Positions 8,266 through 18,896 of a stretch of DNA of 64,000 nt are shown piece by piece. The translations under genes and the position numbers were made by a program. The stretch spans positions 608,001-672,000 of the forward strand of contig CAWBEI010000002.1 in NCBI GenBank assembly GCA_963787835.1, written 5' to 3'. Below the pieces are notes generated by a model. That model ran no database searches. It worked only from the letters and a program-made list of their open reading frames with translations, and was not told the origin of the DNA. This DNA is from Ignavibacteriota bacterium (GTDB lineage: Bacteria > Bacteroidota > Ignavibacteria > Palsa-1295). How positions within the stretch are numbered: the first letter of the stretch is position 1; every line of letters starts with the position of its first letter.

Positions 8266-10365
8266 CTATCGCAATCCGCTCGTTTCGAGAACGAGCGATT
8301 GTGTTTGCACCCCCTCCGAAGTTGCAATGCGGCATACGTAGCTGCCGGATGGCATCCTGCCAGCATTCCAGACAACTTCGTGCGGACCGGCACCAAAATC
8401 CTGATCTGCAAGTGTAGTGATCTCCTGACCGAGCATGTTGAATATCGTTACCGACACATGCTCGGTTTGCGTGAGCGAGAAGGGAATGGTCGTTTGCTGC
8501 GTAAAGGGATTTGGGTAACTTTGTTCGATGGAAGCCGTTACATCGTTCGATCGCACGGAGCTAAATTTGATCATCTCCGAAAGCGGGCGGCGCCATACAC
8601 CGCCGCCGGTAGTTCCGGCATAAAGATCGACACCATTCATTACGAGAGCTGTAACCGAAAGAATTGTAAGCCCCTGATCTTCATTGTTCCATGTCCTGCC
8701 CCCGTCTGTCGAAACGAATATTCCTCCCGTTGTTCCGGCGAATACATTGGATCCTACGCTCAGTAGTGATGTGATCTCGTAGCTGGAAAGAAGCGGGTCG
8801 CTCCACGTCGCACCCTGATCGGCAGAGACGAACACACCACTCGCGCTGCCGGAGATAATTGCTCCGGTATTAGTTACCGCAATAGCATTGACGCTATCGA
8901 ACGATGAGGGCGGAGTGATATTGTTCCATATCTCACCACTATCGGTGGAAACGTAAACGGCGCCGGTCGTGCTTCCGCAATAGTAGGCTGAAGTGCCGGC
9001 CGCAAAAGAAAGCAATCCGAGATCACCTGCGGCAATGCCGGAACTGGCGCTTAGCCACGTCGAGCCTTCGTCCGGTGATTGAAACATTCCATTGCTTGTT
9101 GCAGCAAAAAGGCCGTTTGACGTTGGGAACAGCCCGTCGATCTCAAAATACCCTAATGTTGAACCGGAACTCCAGGTCACTCCGCTATCCGGCGAAACAT
9201 CGACGGCTGAATTATCGGTCGCGGCAAATACTTGCCCATCGTACGCAGCAATGGCGGTAATGGAACCAAACGAATTCAAATTGGAAGTGATATCCGTCCA
9301 ATCTTGTCCGGCATCGCCAGTGAGAAAAAGGCTCCCAGACGATGAGCCATACGGCTGGAAACAATTAGCGAAAACGTAAGGCCCCAGCGCCGCAAGGCTT
9401 ATCACATTGGAGATAACGATCCCACTATCATCGGCATTCCAGTTTGCACCGCCATCCATGGAAATAAATACTCCCGACGATTGCGTGCCGGCAAGGATAG
9501 TAGTTCCAAACGGGGCGATGGCCGTCACGGTCAGCGAAGTGACCCCGGAACTTGCCGTGGTCCATGTATTCCCGGTGTCGTATGAAAAATAAAGCCCTCC
9601 CTGATAGGTGCCGGCCAACAGCTCGGAGCTATCAACTGCAAGGATGCTCGCCCCGGAGAGACCTGCAAAATTAGCGCCGAGATCGCTCCAGATCGCACCG
9701 GAATCTTTCGAAATAAAGATCCCGCTGTCGGTGGCGGCGAACAGATCCGCTCCCATAGCAACCAGGGAGTAAAGATAGGAAAAGTACGTTCCAGGCAACC
9801 CGACACCGGCCGTTGCACTCCACGTTACTCCATTATCCGTCGATGCAAGCACCTCGCCTAATTCTGTTCCGGCAAAGAGCATTCCACCGATCGAAGTAAA
9901 ACATGTTACAGCGGAGTCGTTCAAGGTCGTAACGGAAGTCCAGGTTGTGCCTAAATTGCTCGATCGGAACACCGAATTATATTCTGTTGTAAGAAAAAGA
10001 CTCGATCCTTGCGCGGATAACACCAACGGGTATCCGCTAAAACCCCGATCCGCCGCAGCCCAGGTAACACCTTTGTTCGTCGAGCGCAAAACGCCAGTCG
10101 TAGTAGCTGCAAATACATCGGTATCGAGCACCGCAAGCGCTTGAATAGATGGATTTCCGGAACTGGCCGTGACATTATTCCAGCTTACACCGCCATCGGT
10201 AGAGCGAAATACACCCTGGGCAGTACCCGCGAACACATCGCCGCCAAGCACAGCGACAGAAGTGATCGCCCCGCCGCTTGGCCCTGAGGTCTGAACCCAT
10301 TGGGCCTGGCTGACACTAACGGAACATAACAATACTAGAAATAAGACGGAGCGAATCATATTCAT
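8266..10365 (-). CDS. T9SS-secreted BNR/Asp-box beta-propeller protein
   Basis: Signal peptide (SQAQW); many S.D.G..W Asp-boxes; C-terminal YPNPF...TIFNMLGQEI...SGSYVCRI T9SS CTD. Confidence 0.88.
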   Translation of the reverse strand: MNMIRSVLFLVLLCSVSVSQAQWVQTSGPSGGAITSVAVLGGDVFAGTAQGVFRSTDGGVSWNNVTASSGNPSIQALAVLDTDVFAATTTGVLRSTNKGVTWAAADRGFSGYPLVLSAQGSSLFLTTEYNSVFRSSNLGTTWTSVTTLNDSAVTCFTSIGGMLFAGTELGEVLASTDNGVTWSATAGVGLPGTYFSYLYSLVAMGADLFAATDSGIFISKDSGAIWSDLGANFAGLSGASILAVDSSELLAGTYQGGLYFSYDTGNTWTTASSGVTSLTVTAIAPFGTTILAGTQSSGVFISMDGGANWNADDSGIVISNVISLAALGPYVFANCFQPYGSSSGSLFLTGDAGQDWTDITSNLNSFGSITAIAAYDGQVFAATDNSAVDVSPDSGVTWSSGSTLGYFEIDGLFPTSNGLFAATSNGMFQSPDEGSTWLSASSGIAAGDLGLLSFAAGTSAYYCGSTTGAVYVSTDSGEIWNNITPPSSFDSVNAIAVTNTGAIISGSASGVFVSADQGATWSDPLLSSYEITSLLSVGSNVFAGTTGGIFVSTDGGRTWNNEDQGLTILSVTALVMNGVDLYAGTTGGGVWRRPLSEMIKFSSVRSNDVTASIEQSYPNPFTQQTTIPFSLTQTEHVSVTIFNMLGQEITTLADQDFGAGPHEVVWNAGRMPSGSYVCRIATSEGVQTQSLVLETSGLR

Positions 10366-10432
10366 GACGGTCAAAGGAAATTAAAAGACGTGTGAAGAAC
10401 ATAAACCGCCATATAATAAGATTCCTTTAGTT

Positions 10433-11575
10433 TTAATCTCGCGACCCCGGATATTTCTTCTTCCTATTTCTCACGTAATCGACGAAAACGAACTGGCCGA
10501 GATCGTTCAGTCCGGAGTAATATGCACGGCCTTTGTTCGATTTTGTCAGCTCTTCCACGAAATCGATGAGATACGGATCGCGCGCGACCATGAATGTCGA
10601 GATCGTGATCTTCTCCCTTCGGCAGGCAAGGGCTTCATCCAACGTTTTATTGATGATCTTCGGATCGAGACCGAAGGAATTTTTATAAAGCCTCCCGTTA
10701 TCCTCGAACATCGCTGATGGCTTGCCATCCGTCACCATGAACACTTGCTTGTTCACATTGCCGGAACGTTTCAGCAGTTGCCGAGCCAGCCGCAATCCAG
10801 CACGAGTATTCGTGTGGAACGGCCCCACTTCAAGAAATGGTAACTCGCTAACCGTTATCAGCTTTGCCTCATCTCCAAAGGTAACGACATAAAGCTGATC
10901 CTTCGGGAACTTCGTTTTGATGAGTTCCGAAAGCGCCAGCGCCACTTTCTTCGCCGGCGTAATTCGATCCTCGCCATAGAGGATCATCGAATGCGAAATG
11001 TCGATCATCAGCACCGTTGCGCAGCTTGTCAGATGCTCGGTTTCGTAGATCTCGATGTCTTCTTCTTGCAGATTCTGATCTGCCGCACGAAGTTCGCTCT
11101 CATCAATTCCCTCCCTCAACGATCTTTTTTGCGCATTCAAGAACGTTTGCGTGAAGTCGATATTCGACGCCGTATCGCCGAACGTATAGTTCTTCGTGTT
11201 CTGTGTTCGTTCGATGCCCTGGCCGGTGTGCGGAGTATCGTGCGAGCCGTTCGGCGATTTCCGCAGCGAGCGAAACATCTCCAGCAGCGCATCCCGCCGA
11301 ATGTTCTGAATGGCCTTGTTCGTCGGCTTGAGCAGCGCATTTTCGTCCTCTTTCACGAGGCCAAGCTCTTTCAGCCGATCGACGAACATATCGAGCGTCA
11401 TATCCGGGCCGAAGATATTATACTGCTCATCGAGATAGCGCATCCATTCGAGGGTTTCGTTCACATCGCCGGAGGTGGTAAGCAACAACTGGCTGAAGAG
11501 CCCGAGCAACTGCTGCAACCGCTCCTCGGCGGTCGAGCTTTCATTCGGTTTCCATTTGGAATATTCTATGCGCAT
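10433..11575 (-). CDS. VWA (MIDAS) domain protein
   Basis: MIDISHSM (DxSxS), HTNT, VTDGKPS motifs. Confidence 0.9.
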   Translation of the reverse strand: MRIEYSKWKPNESSTAEERLQQLLGLFSQLLLTTSGDVNETLEWMRYLDEQYNIFGPDMTLDMFVDRLKELGLVKEDENALLKPTNKAIQNIRRDALLEMFRSLRKSPNGSHDTPHTGQGIERTQNTKNYTFGDTASNIDFTQTFLNAQKRSLREGIDESELRAADQNLQEEDIEIYETEHLTSCATVLMIDISHSMILYGEDRITPAKKVALALSELIKTKFPKDQLYVVTFGDEAKLITVSELPFLEVGPFHTNTRAGLRLARQLLKRSGNVNKQVFMVTDGKPSAMFEDNGRLYKNSFGLDPKIINKTLDEALACRREKITISTFMVARDPYLIDFVEELTKSNKGRAYYSGLNDLGQFVFVDYVRNRKKKYPGSRD

Positions 11576-11583
11576 GATGTCTG

Positions 11584-11733
11584 AACCTGGATTACGCGGA
11601 TATGTGCGGATTACGCGGATCGATCTTTGTGATCCTCATTATTGCCGAGATGATGATATAACCAATTCGCAACAGATTGTATCCCATCATCCTTCATCAG
11701 TGCCATCAGGATTCAATCAGCGTAATCCTGGTT
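11584..11733. repeat. Inverted-repeat element with ~9-nt GGATTACGC units (family C, copy 1)
   Basis: Left arm AACCTGGATTACGCGGATATGTGCGGATTACGCGGAT; right arm reverse complement AACCAGGATTACGCTGAT; fills the intergenic gap. Confidence 0.75.
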
Positions 11734-14700
11734 TACTTCGACACCACGACCACAGAACTCACAACCCGCGAACCGGAGCGTAACACCAGGCGATAAGCGC
11801 CGGACGAAATACCTTGCGCGGAATAGGTCTCGTTCTCATCACCGGCCTTTGTCCATTCGTGTTTGAGTTCGCACACATGCCGCCCCAGATAATCTTCGAG
11901 ATCGATCGAGAGCGGCCCATCGGCAGCAACATGATACAGGATCGTGAACGAAGTCTCTGTTGGGTTGGGATAGATCTTTTTGATCGTGAAGGCTGTGTCG
12001 CTGCTGATGATCTCCGGACTACAGATACCTATCACGCAGAATGTATTGCTCTCCGTGATGACCCCAATTGCAGTGTTCGGGAAATAAAATGTGTCGATGG
12101 TAATAGAAGAACAGAAGCCGGAATCTAAGGCAAGCGCCGTGATGGTTTGCAAAACTCCCGGCGCGCTGGGCACGGGGCCCGTGAGGGTAACCCTCCAGTT
12201 CTTGCCGGCGATCACTCCGGTTGGAACGAGCGGTGTAAGCATGGTAGCATCGAGACCGATCGTTGCAACATAGGTGGTGGCTCCGCTCGCCGCAAGATCC
12301 GTGCCCGAGTCCAGCGAGACGGGAATCTTTATTGTATCGCCCGGTGCGCCCAAACCTCCTGCAACCGACACTTTAGCGATCGTTATAGTGGTGAATGCAA
12401 AGGGATCGCTCGTGCTTTGACACCCATTCGAATCTGTGATCGTGACAGAATAAAGCCCTTCGGTATCGGGCCAGATGGTCTGATGTACCGAGTCCGGTAA
12501 CACCGAGCCATTGAAATACCATTGGTATTCTGAAGCGGGACTCGAAATAAGCTGAGAACCATTCCGTGTAATGACGGGCGTTGCCGGCGTTGCATAAACG
12601 AGAACCTTCGTCACTTGCGATGTACCCGAGCAACCACCCGCGCTTGTGACGAACACGGTATATCCGCCAGACTGACTCACGGTGATCCGTTCGCTCGTAT
12701 CGCCCGAGATCTGCGTGCCATCTTTGGACCACTGATAGCTCACATATCCTGCCCCAGCATCGAGCGTCACCGAATCGCCGGAACAAAAGTCTAAAGGTCC
12801 ATTGCCGGTGATGACTGGCGAGAGGTTTGAGCTGATCGCCACTGCTAAGTGTGCCGTTGCCGTGCAGCCGCCTGGGGTGGTCTCCGTTGCGATGAGGGAT
12901 GCGGTTCCCGCTGCGCCCCATTGTATCGTGATGCTGACAGGGTTACTGGTGGTGACTGTCCCCGCTCCCGGCGGAATGAGTTCCCATTCGAAGAAATCGC
13001 CCACAGCGATGGTATTTGTGCTATCAACATAAGTTGCCGTTGCATTGGGACAGACCGCAGCCGGGCCAACGACGATCAGTACAGGCGTTGGATTGACCGT
13101 AACCGTATCCGGCGTGCTCGTTGCACTGCAACCGGCTGCGTTCGTTACCGTTACAGCATACACTCCACTCGTTTTTGCTACGACCGATGGGGTGGTGTCC
13201 CCGTTTGTCCACTGATAGTGTGCATAGCCGCTCTGTCCTGAAAGCGTTACGCTGTCACCGGAACAAAATGAGGTTGCGCCACTGGCGGTGATCGAAGCGT
13301 CTGCGGCTGGCAGAACGGTAATACCTAACGGCGCACTGGTTCCCGAACAACCCGATGCGTTCGTTGCTGTTACCGTCACGGTATCGGTGTTCGATACATA
13401 GATCGAAGGCGTTGTGGCACCGGTGGACCATTGGTACCCGGCGTAGCTCTTAGTTGTTTGTACCAGGACGCTATCGCCCGCGCAGATGGTAGTGGCGCCA
13501 GAGGTAAGAACCGGCTGAGGAACGCTATCGGGCAGCACTGTTACATGCACGGCGCTCGAAGTTCCTGCACATCCGGCTCCGCCCGTAACGCGCACGCTGA
13601 AATCGCCCGATCGAGTAACCGAAATATCCGGCGTTGCTTCGCCATCCGACCAGGCATAACTCGAATATCCCGAACCCGCAGTCAGATGCACGGTATCGCC
13701 GGTGCAGATGGTAAGCGGCCCGCCTGTTATGATCGGTGTGAGCGAATCCGATACCCGTACAAGTACAGAATCCACTGCGGTGCAGCCATTCTTATCGCTG
13801 ACCATGATCGTGTAAAGCGTTGTGGAATCCGGGGTTGCCGTGGGTTGTGCAACGCTGGAATCGCTAAGGCTGCTAGCAGGAGTCCACAAGATCGTATAGG
13901 GCTGTTTGCCGCCACTGATGCTCGCGCCGATCTGGATCGATGAACCCTTGCACACAGAGAGCGGTGGGCCGGGAGCTATTTTCGGAGGCAAGGTGACCGT
14001 AAGATAGAACCGAGTCCTGAGATGAACATCCATTCTGGTCGGTGACCGTCACAAAATACTTTGTATTCTTGGCCACCGTCGCTTCAACCGTGCTTGAATC
14101 CGTGCGATTGAGACCCGCGGAGGGTGACCATGAGTACGTGAATGGAGCAACTCCGCCAGACTCCGTTGCCGTGATCGTGGCAGGTTCACCGGAACATACA
14201 GATCGATTGCCGCCTGCATTAACCTTAGGCTGGCCATAGAAAGAAACCGTTAATTGCTTCGTAGTTACACATCCATTGGAGTCCGTTACGGCGAGCGTGT
14301 AGGTCGTTCGTTGCGTTGGGTAAGCGGTGGGCTGCAGCGAGTCCGGATGATCGAGCGTTGCTGCCGGAGTCCACGAATACGTGAGCGGGCCGTTCCAATC
14401 GCTGATCGACGCCAGGAGTTTTATGGAACCTCCCACGCACACATCGTTGATCTGCGGAACCGTAATGGAAGGCGTTGACCGTACCACGATCTGAAACGTA
14501 TCGGAAACCGTTGCACACAGATCCGTGCCAACGCCATTGACGGTATAGTAATAGGCGCGCGGGATCGTTGGCGCAGGGAACGTATATGGCTCGGTGGTCG
14601 CGCCCGGGATCTGGTTCCCGTTCACCAGCCATTGATAAGAGCTTAGGCCCGGCTTCGTGTTCAGCGTCACCGATGAGCCAGGGCACACGGTGTCGGATGC

Positions 14701-16950
14701 TTTATCCGTAATGACCATCTCCAGCGGATCGCAGAACTCCGCAACGAACGCATTCCAATGGCCAACGGGGTTTGCGTCATGAGCGCCAGGGCTTGCGTAT
14801 TCACCGGTTGAGGTTTCGGTGTATCCACCCATAAACGGATGTCCCTGCCGGTCGATGTCGATGGCCAGACCGTAACCTCTTCGCCCATAATAGGTTCCCC
14901 ATTTCCGATGGCACGCACTGTCGAACTTGATCATGAACGGATTGTACGGGCCGAGCAGGGTCGTCTGGTATTCTCCGGGAGTCGAGATGCCGGACGCACT
15001 TCTAGTATAGCCGCTTGCAAAAAGGTTCTCAGAGGTATCGACTGCAATGGAATAGAGTTCATCAACCGAATCCCCTCCATAATAGGTGGCCCAGATTCGC
15101 TTGCCTGCGGTCGAAAATTTTGCCATGATAGCATCGTAACTGCCGGCCGAAGATGTTTGATAGGCTCCCGCCGTGGCATCGCCGGGATCGTTGGTGGTAC
15201 CGACAACATAGACCGTTCCCGTTCGGCTTGCCGCGATATTATAGAGCGTGGAACTATCGTCAAGGTAATACGTCGCCCAATCAAGCGCTCCCGTTGGCGA
15301 CCATTTGGAAATATAACCAGAACCCGGAGTCGTTTGATATGCCCCCGTCGTTGCGATACCGGAATCGCTTACGGTCGTGCCACTCATATAAATGTTATTG
15401 CTTCCATCAATGCTCACTTCTGCATTACCTTCGAACCTATCAATGTATTTGGTACTATTACCGCCAAAATACGTTGCCCAGTTCAATGTCCCTGCCGAAG
15501 CGAATTTTGCAATAAATGCATCGGTTGAAACCCCGTCGTTAAGATATTTTTGAGCACCAAGCGTAGCAATTCCGCTGTCTGATGCGTCTCCAACAACGGC
15601 GATGTTTTGTGAGCTGTCTATAGCTATGCCTGTCCCCAGGGAGTTGCCCTTGTTGGGTGGAACGGAGATAAATGGATTCGCCCTTGTCCATCCAACTCCT
15701 CGGATATATGTTCCCCATCTTCGGACACCGTTACTGTCGAACGACGCTAAAAACGCATCTTCGTTCCCTGGCCCAAACGTCGATTGAAACGAGCCGGAGG
15801 ACGCGATAACATTCGTGCTCGTTGTAAAACCCGTGACCACCATTCCACGATTGCTATCGCACGCGATCCCTCTGGGATAATCGTCACCACTGCCGCCGTA
15901 GTAGGTAGCCCACAGCAGGGTTCCCGTCGGTCCGAACTTTGCAATGTAACAATCGTCCCCGCCTCCGAGCGATGTTTCGAACGCCCCGCTCGTCGCGATA
16001 TTCGCCATACCGGTTGTCGATCCGGTTATATCCACGTTGCCGGAGCGATCGGCAGCCAGAGCTTGCAGATCCGTTTCATTTGCGGTATCAGCCCATCCGT
16101 AATAGGTTCCCCATATCCGCTGCGGATCAATGTAAAGATCGTGGGTTTGGTCATACGGCCCGGTCTCGAAACCAATACTGTTATCCTTCAGAAGAAAGCC
16201 ACATGGCACAGTCTTCTCCGATGTCCCTTCGAGTTGATAGCCATTGGGTTTCGTCTCGTCAACGTTGCCAAATGGCGATGCCAGATGAAACGAACCATCC
16301 TCATCCACCGAGAGCGAGGTCACATGATCGTAGCTCATCTGAATCGCGCTCGGGTCGCCGCCGGGATGGACGATGAAATCATATTCTAAATAATCTTGCG
16401 CATCAGGATGCTCTGTGTAAAGAACGAGATCGATGTTCGGATACATATTTCGATAGACGATCTTCTGGAATCCGGGAACATGAGTGATACCATCCGGACA
16501 ATTCGAGAGGTAGTAATTGGTGTAATCGGGAGTCTCGTCGCCGGCAATAATTTCGGCATCGGGATTCGAGCCGAGAAATTTCACATCCACGCGGTATAGC
16601 GCAAGAGTGTCGTTGTTCAGTCCGACCTCTCCCCTGCCCCTCTCCTTGGAAAGGAGAGAGGTTCTGGAACGCTTCGAAAACACATAATGCATGGAGCCTT
16701 TCGTGAAATACGTCTTCAGGCCATACCCATCGAGCGTGTAAAGCACTTCCGGCATCGGCTTCCCATATTGATCGGAAAGCTGACCGCGATTAGGAATAAA
16801 TTTCAAGCCGCTCGATGTGCCGAGCGTTTGCAACTCCGTGGAGGTAGTGAGGCCGCGTTTCTGGCTGGACTGCGCAACCGCTCGCTCCGCTTGCAATAGC
16901 AAGCAGAACAACAGGATGGCGGACATTATATTTCGTAGGGTCCACAACAT
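11733..16950 (-). pseudogene. Large T9SS surface protein (SBBP beta-propeller repeats, Ig-like repeats, cohesin-like domain, CTD) split by one +1 frameshift at about 14007; may be a sequencing error
   Basis: ORF 13873-16950 (FIPNRGQ, IDP..WGTYYG, repeated WATYYGG) and ORF 11733-14033 (Ig repeats, IYPNP CTD) join as ...SQDSV/YLTVTLPP... if 1 nt is removed, giving 1738 aa. Confidence 0.85.
16625..16662. repeat. CCCCTCTCC...GGAGAG hairpin element, in frame in the SBBP protein (family E)
   Basis: Stem CTCTCCTT-gga-AAGGAGAG preceded by CCTCTCCCCTGCC; minus strand reads SLLSKERGRGEV. Confidence 0.55.
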
Positions 16951-17054
16951 ATAGGACGGCGATAACGAACGGGTTGATAATGCACTTCTGACATAAATAA
17001 TGCCGGAGGAAAAACCTTTAATACCTCTTTTGCAACAAGTGTCTGCATCCGCCG

Positions 17055-17062
17055 TAATTTTG
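17055..17062 (+). promoter_or_regulatory. Bacteroidota-type -7 promoter box (TAnnTTTG) of manC
   Basis: TAATTTTG, 4 nt before the ATG; TTTG at 17029-17032. Confidence 0.55.
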
Positions 17063-17066
17063 CGGT

Positions 17067-18221
17067 ATGCGAATAAGCGTACTCATTATGGCTGGCGGGG
17101 TCGGCTCGCGGTTTTGGCCGGAGAGCCGGTCCAAAAAGCCCAAACAATTGCTCGATGTCGTCACTCCCGGCATTTCGCTCATTCAGGCAACGGTGCAGCG
17201 GACGCTCCTCTTTGCGGATATTGCCGATACACTGATCGTCACGAACGAAGCCCAGCGCGAAGAACTGGAACGTCAGCTACCCGATCTTCCGAAAGCCAAC
17301 ATTATCTCCGAACCGATGGGCCGTAACACCGCTCCCTGCATTGCGCTCGGCGCGAGAATGATCCGCGAGCGCATGCGCATGACCGATCATGCGGTTGAGG
17401 AAACGGTGATGATCGTGCTGCCGGCAGATCATGTCATCCGGAATGAACAGGAATTTGCGCGGCTCATGAAGCTTGCCGCTCGGCTTGCCCATGAAACGCA
17501 CGGGCTTATCACGGTTGGTATCCATCCCACGCGCGCCGAGACGGGATTCGGCTATATCCAACTCGATGATGAGCGCCTGCCCTCGCAAAAAGAGTTACCG
17601 ATCTTTTCGGAGTTCGAACTGCGCGACATCTTTAACGTAAAGCGTTTCGCCGAAAAGCCGGATGTCGATACGGCGCGACGGTTCGTCGAGAGCGGAGATT
17701 TTCTCTGGAATAGCGGCATGTTCATCTGGCGCGTCGATGCGATCGAGCAGGCGCTGCGCCAGTACACGCCGGAGATCATGGAACAAATGGATACGCTGCC
17801 CGTCCACACGTCTTCCAACTTCAATACGCAACTGCGGGAAGTTTATAGCACCGTGCGCGGCGTCTCCATCGATTACGGCGTGATGGAACCTGCGTCTGCC
17901 GTTGGTCAGAAAGCGAAAGTATTTGTGCTCCGCGCAGGCGCGCTGGGATGGAGCGATGTCGGGAGCTGGGATGAAGTGTATCGCCTGAGCGAAAAGGATT
18001 TAGAGAACAATGTGCTTATTGGCAGCCATGTCGTAGCACGAAATTCCCGTGGTTGCCTCGTCATCTCTCGGAACGATCAACTCGTGCTCACGTATGGCAT
18101 GACGGACGCCATTGTCATCAATACGGGCAACGCGATCCTCATCTCCCGCCGCGACCAGGCGCAGGGCATCCGCGATGTTGTGGACTATTTAAAGCGACGG
18201 CAGATGACGGAGTTTTTGTGA
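17067..18221 (+). CDS. manC: Mannose-1-phosphate guanylyltransferase
   Basis: MAGGVGSRFWPESR..KPKQL, EPMGRNTAPCI, PADH, FAEKP, WNSGMF, SIDYGVME, WSDVGSW. Confidence 0.96.
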   Translation: MRISVLIMAGGVGSRFWPESRSKKPKQLLDVVTPGISLIQATVQRTLLFADIADTLIVTNEAQREELERQLPDLPKANIISEPMGRNTAPCIALGARMIRERMRMTDHAVEETVMIVLPADHVIRNEQEFARLMKLAARLAHETHGLITVGIHPTRAETGFGYIQLDDERLPSQKELPIFSEFELRDIFNVKRFAEKPDVDTARRFVESGDFLWNSGMFIWRVDAIEQALRQYTPEIMEQMDTLPVHTSSNFNTQLREVYSTVRGVSIDYGVMEPASAVGQKAKVFVLRAGALGWSDVGSWDEVYRLSEKDLENNVLIGSHVVARNSRGCLVISRNDQLVLTYGMTDAIVINTGNAILISRRDQAQGIRDVVDYLKRRQMTEFL

Positions 18222-18224
18222 GAA

Positions 18225-18621
18225 TCAGCGAATTAATTGCACATCGATTTCTGCTTTTGCTCGAATAAAATCCGAATCGAGTGTCAGAAGTCTCAGACCA
18301 AAGAAGGAAGCAATGCAAGCTTGATATGCATCGTCAAAATCTAAATTAAAGCGGACATGATAATCGAGAAGTCGGTCGTAACTTTCGACCGGTAGTTCAA
18401 GCACGCGGAGTCTGGGGGCAAGGTCGTGGAAGAAATTCCTGAACAGATCATGACGCTTATATCGCAGAAGAATGAGGCCAACAGCATGCAGTGAAAAATC
18501 ACTGATCGTTAAATGATCTGATTGCCGAAGGAGTGCGTTCTCGACACAAATGCGCTCGCTCTTGGTCGAGCAATACCTCAAGAAAAACTCCAGAATCGGT
18601 CAGCATCCATTCATCAGCCAT
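18225..18621 (-). pseudogene. PIN-domain (VapC-like) toxin with a +1 frameshift at about 18537
   Basis: MADEWMLTDSGVFLEVLLDQERAHLCRE joins ALLRQSDHLTISDFSLHAVG...LDFDDAYQ...LTLDSDF if 1 nt is removed (131 aa); start overlaps the antitoxin end. Confidence 0.82.
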
Positions 18622-18835
18622 GATCGGACATCCAATCCAACGCGTTCTTCTTGAGGTCGCGCGAAGTAAATTGCTGCTTGAGATCAGAAAGACCGCCTGC
18701 CCACGAGAATGTCATCGGCGGCAGATCGCACTTCGATTCTTGCTGTGAAACAAGGAACTCGATAAAATCCTCAGCTTCTAACCGTTTGAGTGCAGGGAGC
18801 CGTTCTATCCGCTCGACGAGTGTTCTGGAATCCAT
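18614..18835 (-). CDS. DUF2281-like antitoxin
   Basis: IERLP...EAEDFIEFL...FSWAGGLSDLKQQFTS.DL...ALDW pattern; directly upstream of a PIN gene. Confidence 0.82.
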   Translation of the reverse strand: MDSRTLVERIERLPALKRLEAEDFIEFLVSQQESKCDLPPMTFSWAGGLSDLKQQFTSRDLKKNALDWMSDHG

Positions 18836-18896
18836 ATCACTGTAACACATGAACTATGCAGATAGAATTCCAATAACATAGACACAAAAGTAGATG

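Noticed and set aside
18848-18863. 16-bp exact match CATGAACTATGCAGAT with 43214-43229
   Set aside because: About one 16-mer match is expected by chance in 64 kb over both strands, and the flanks do not extend the match
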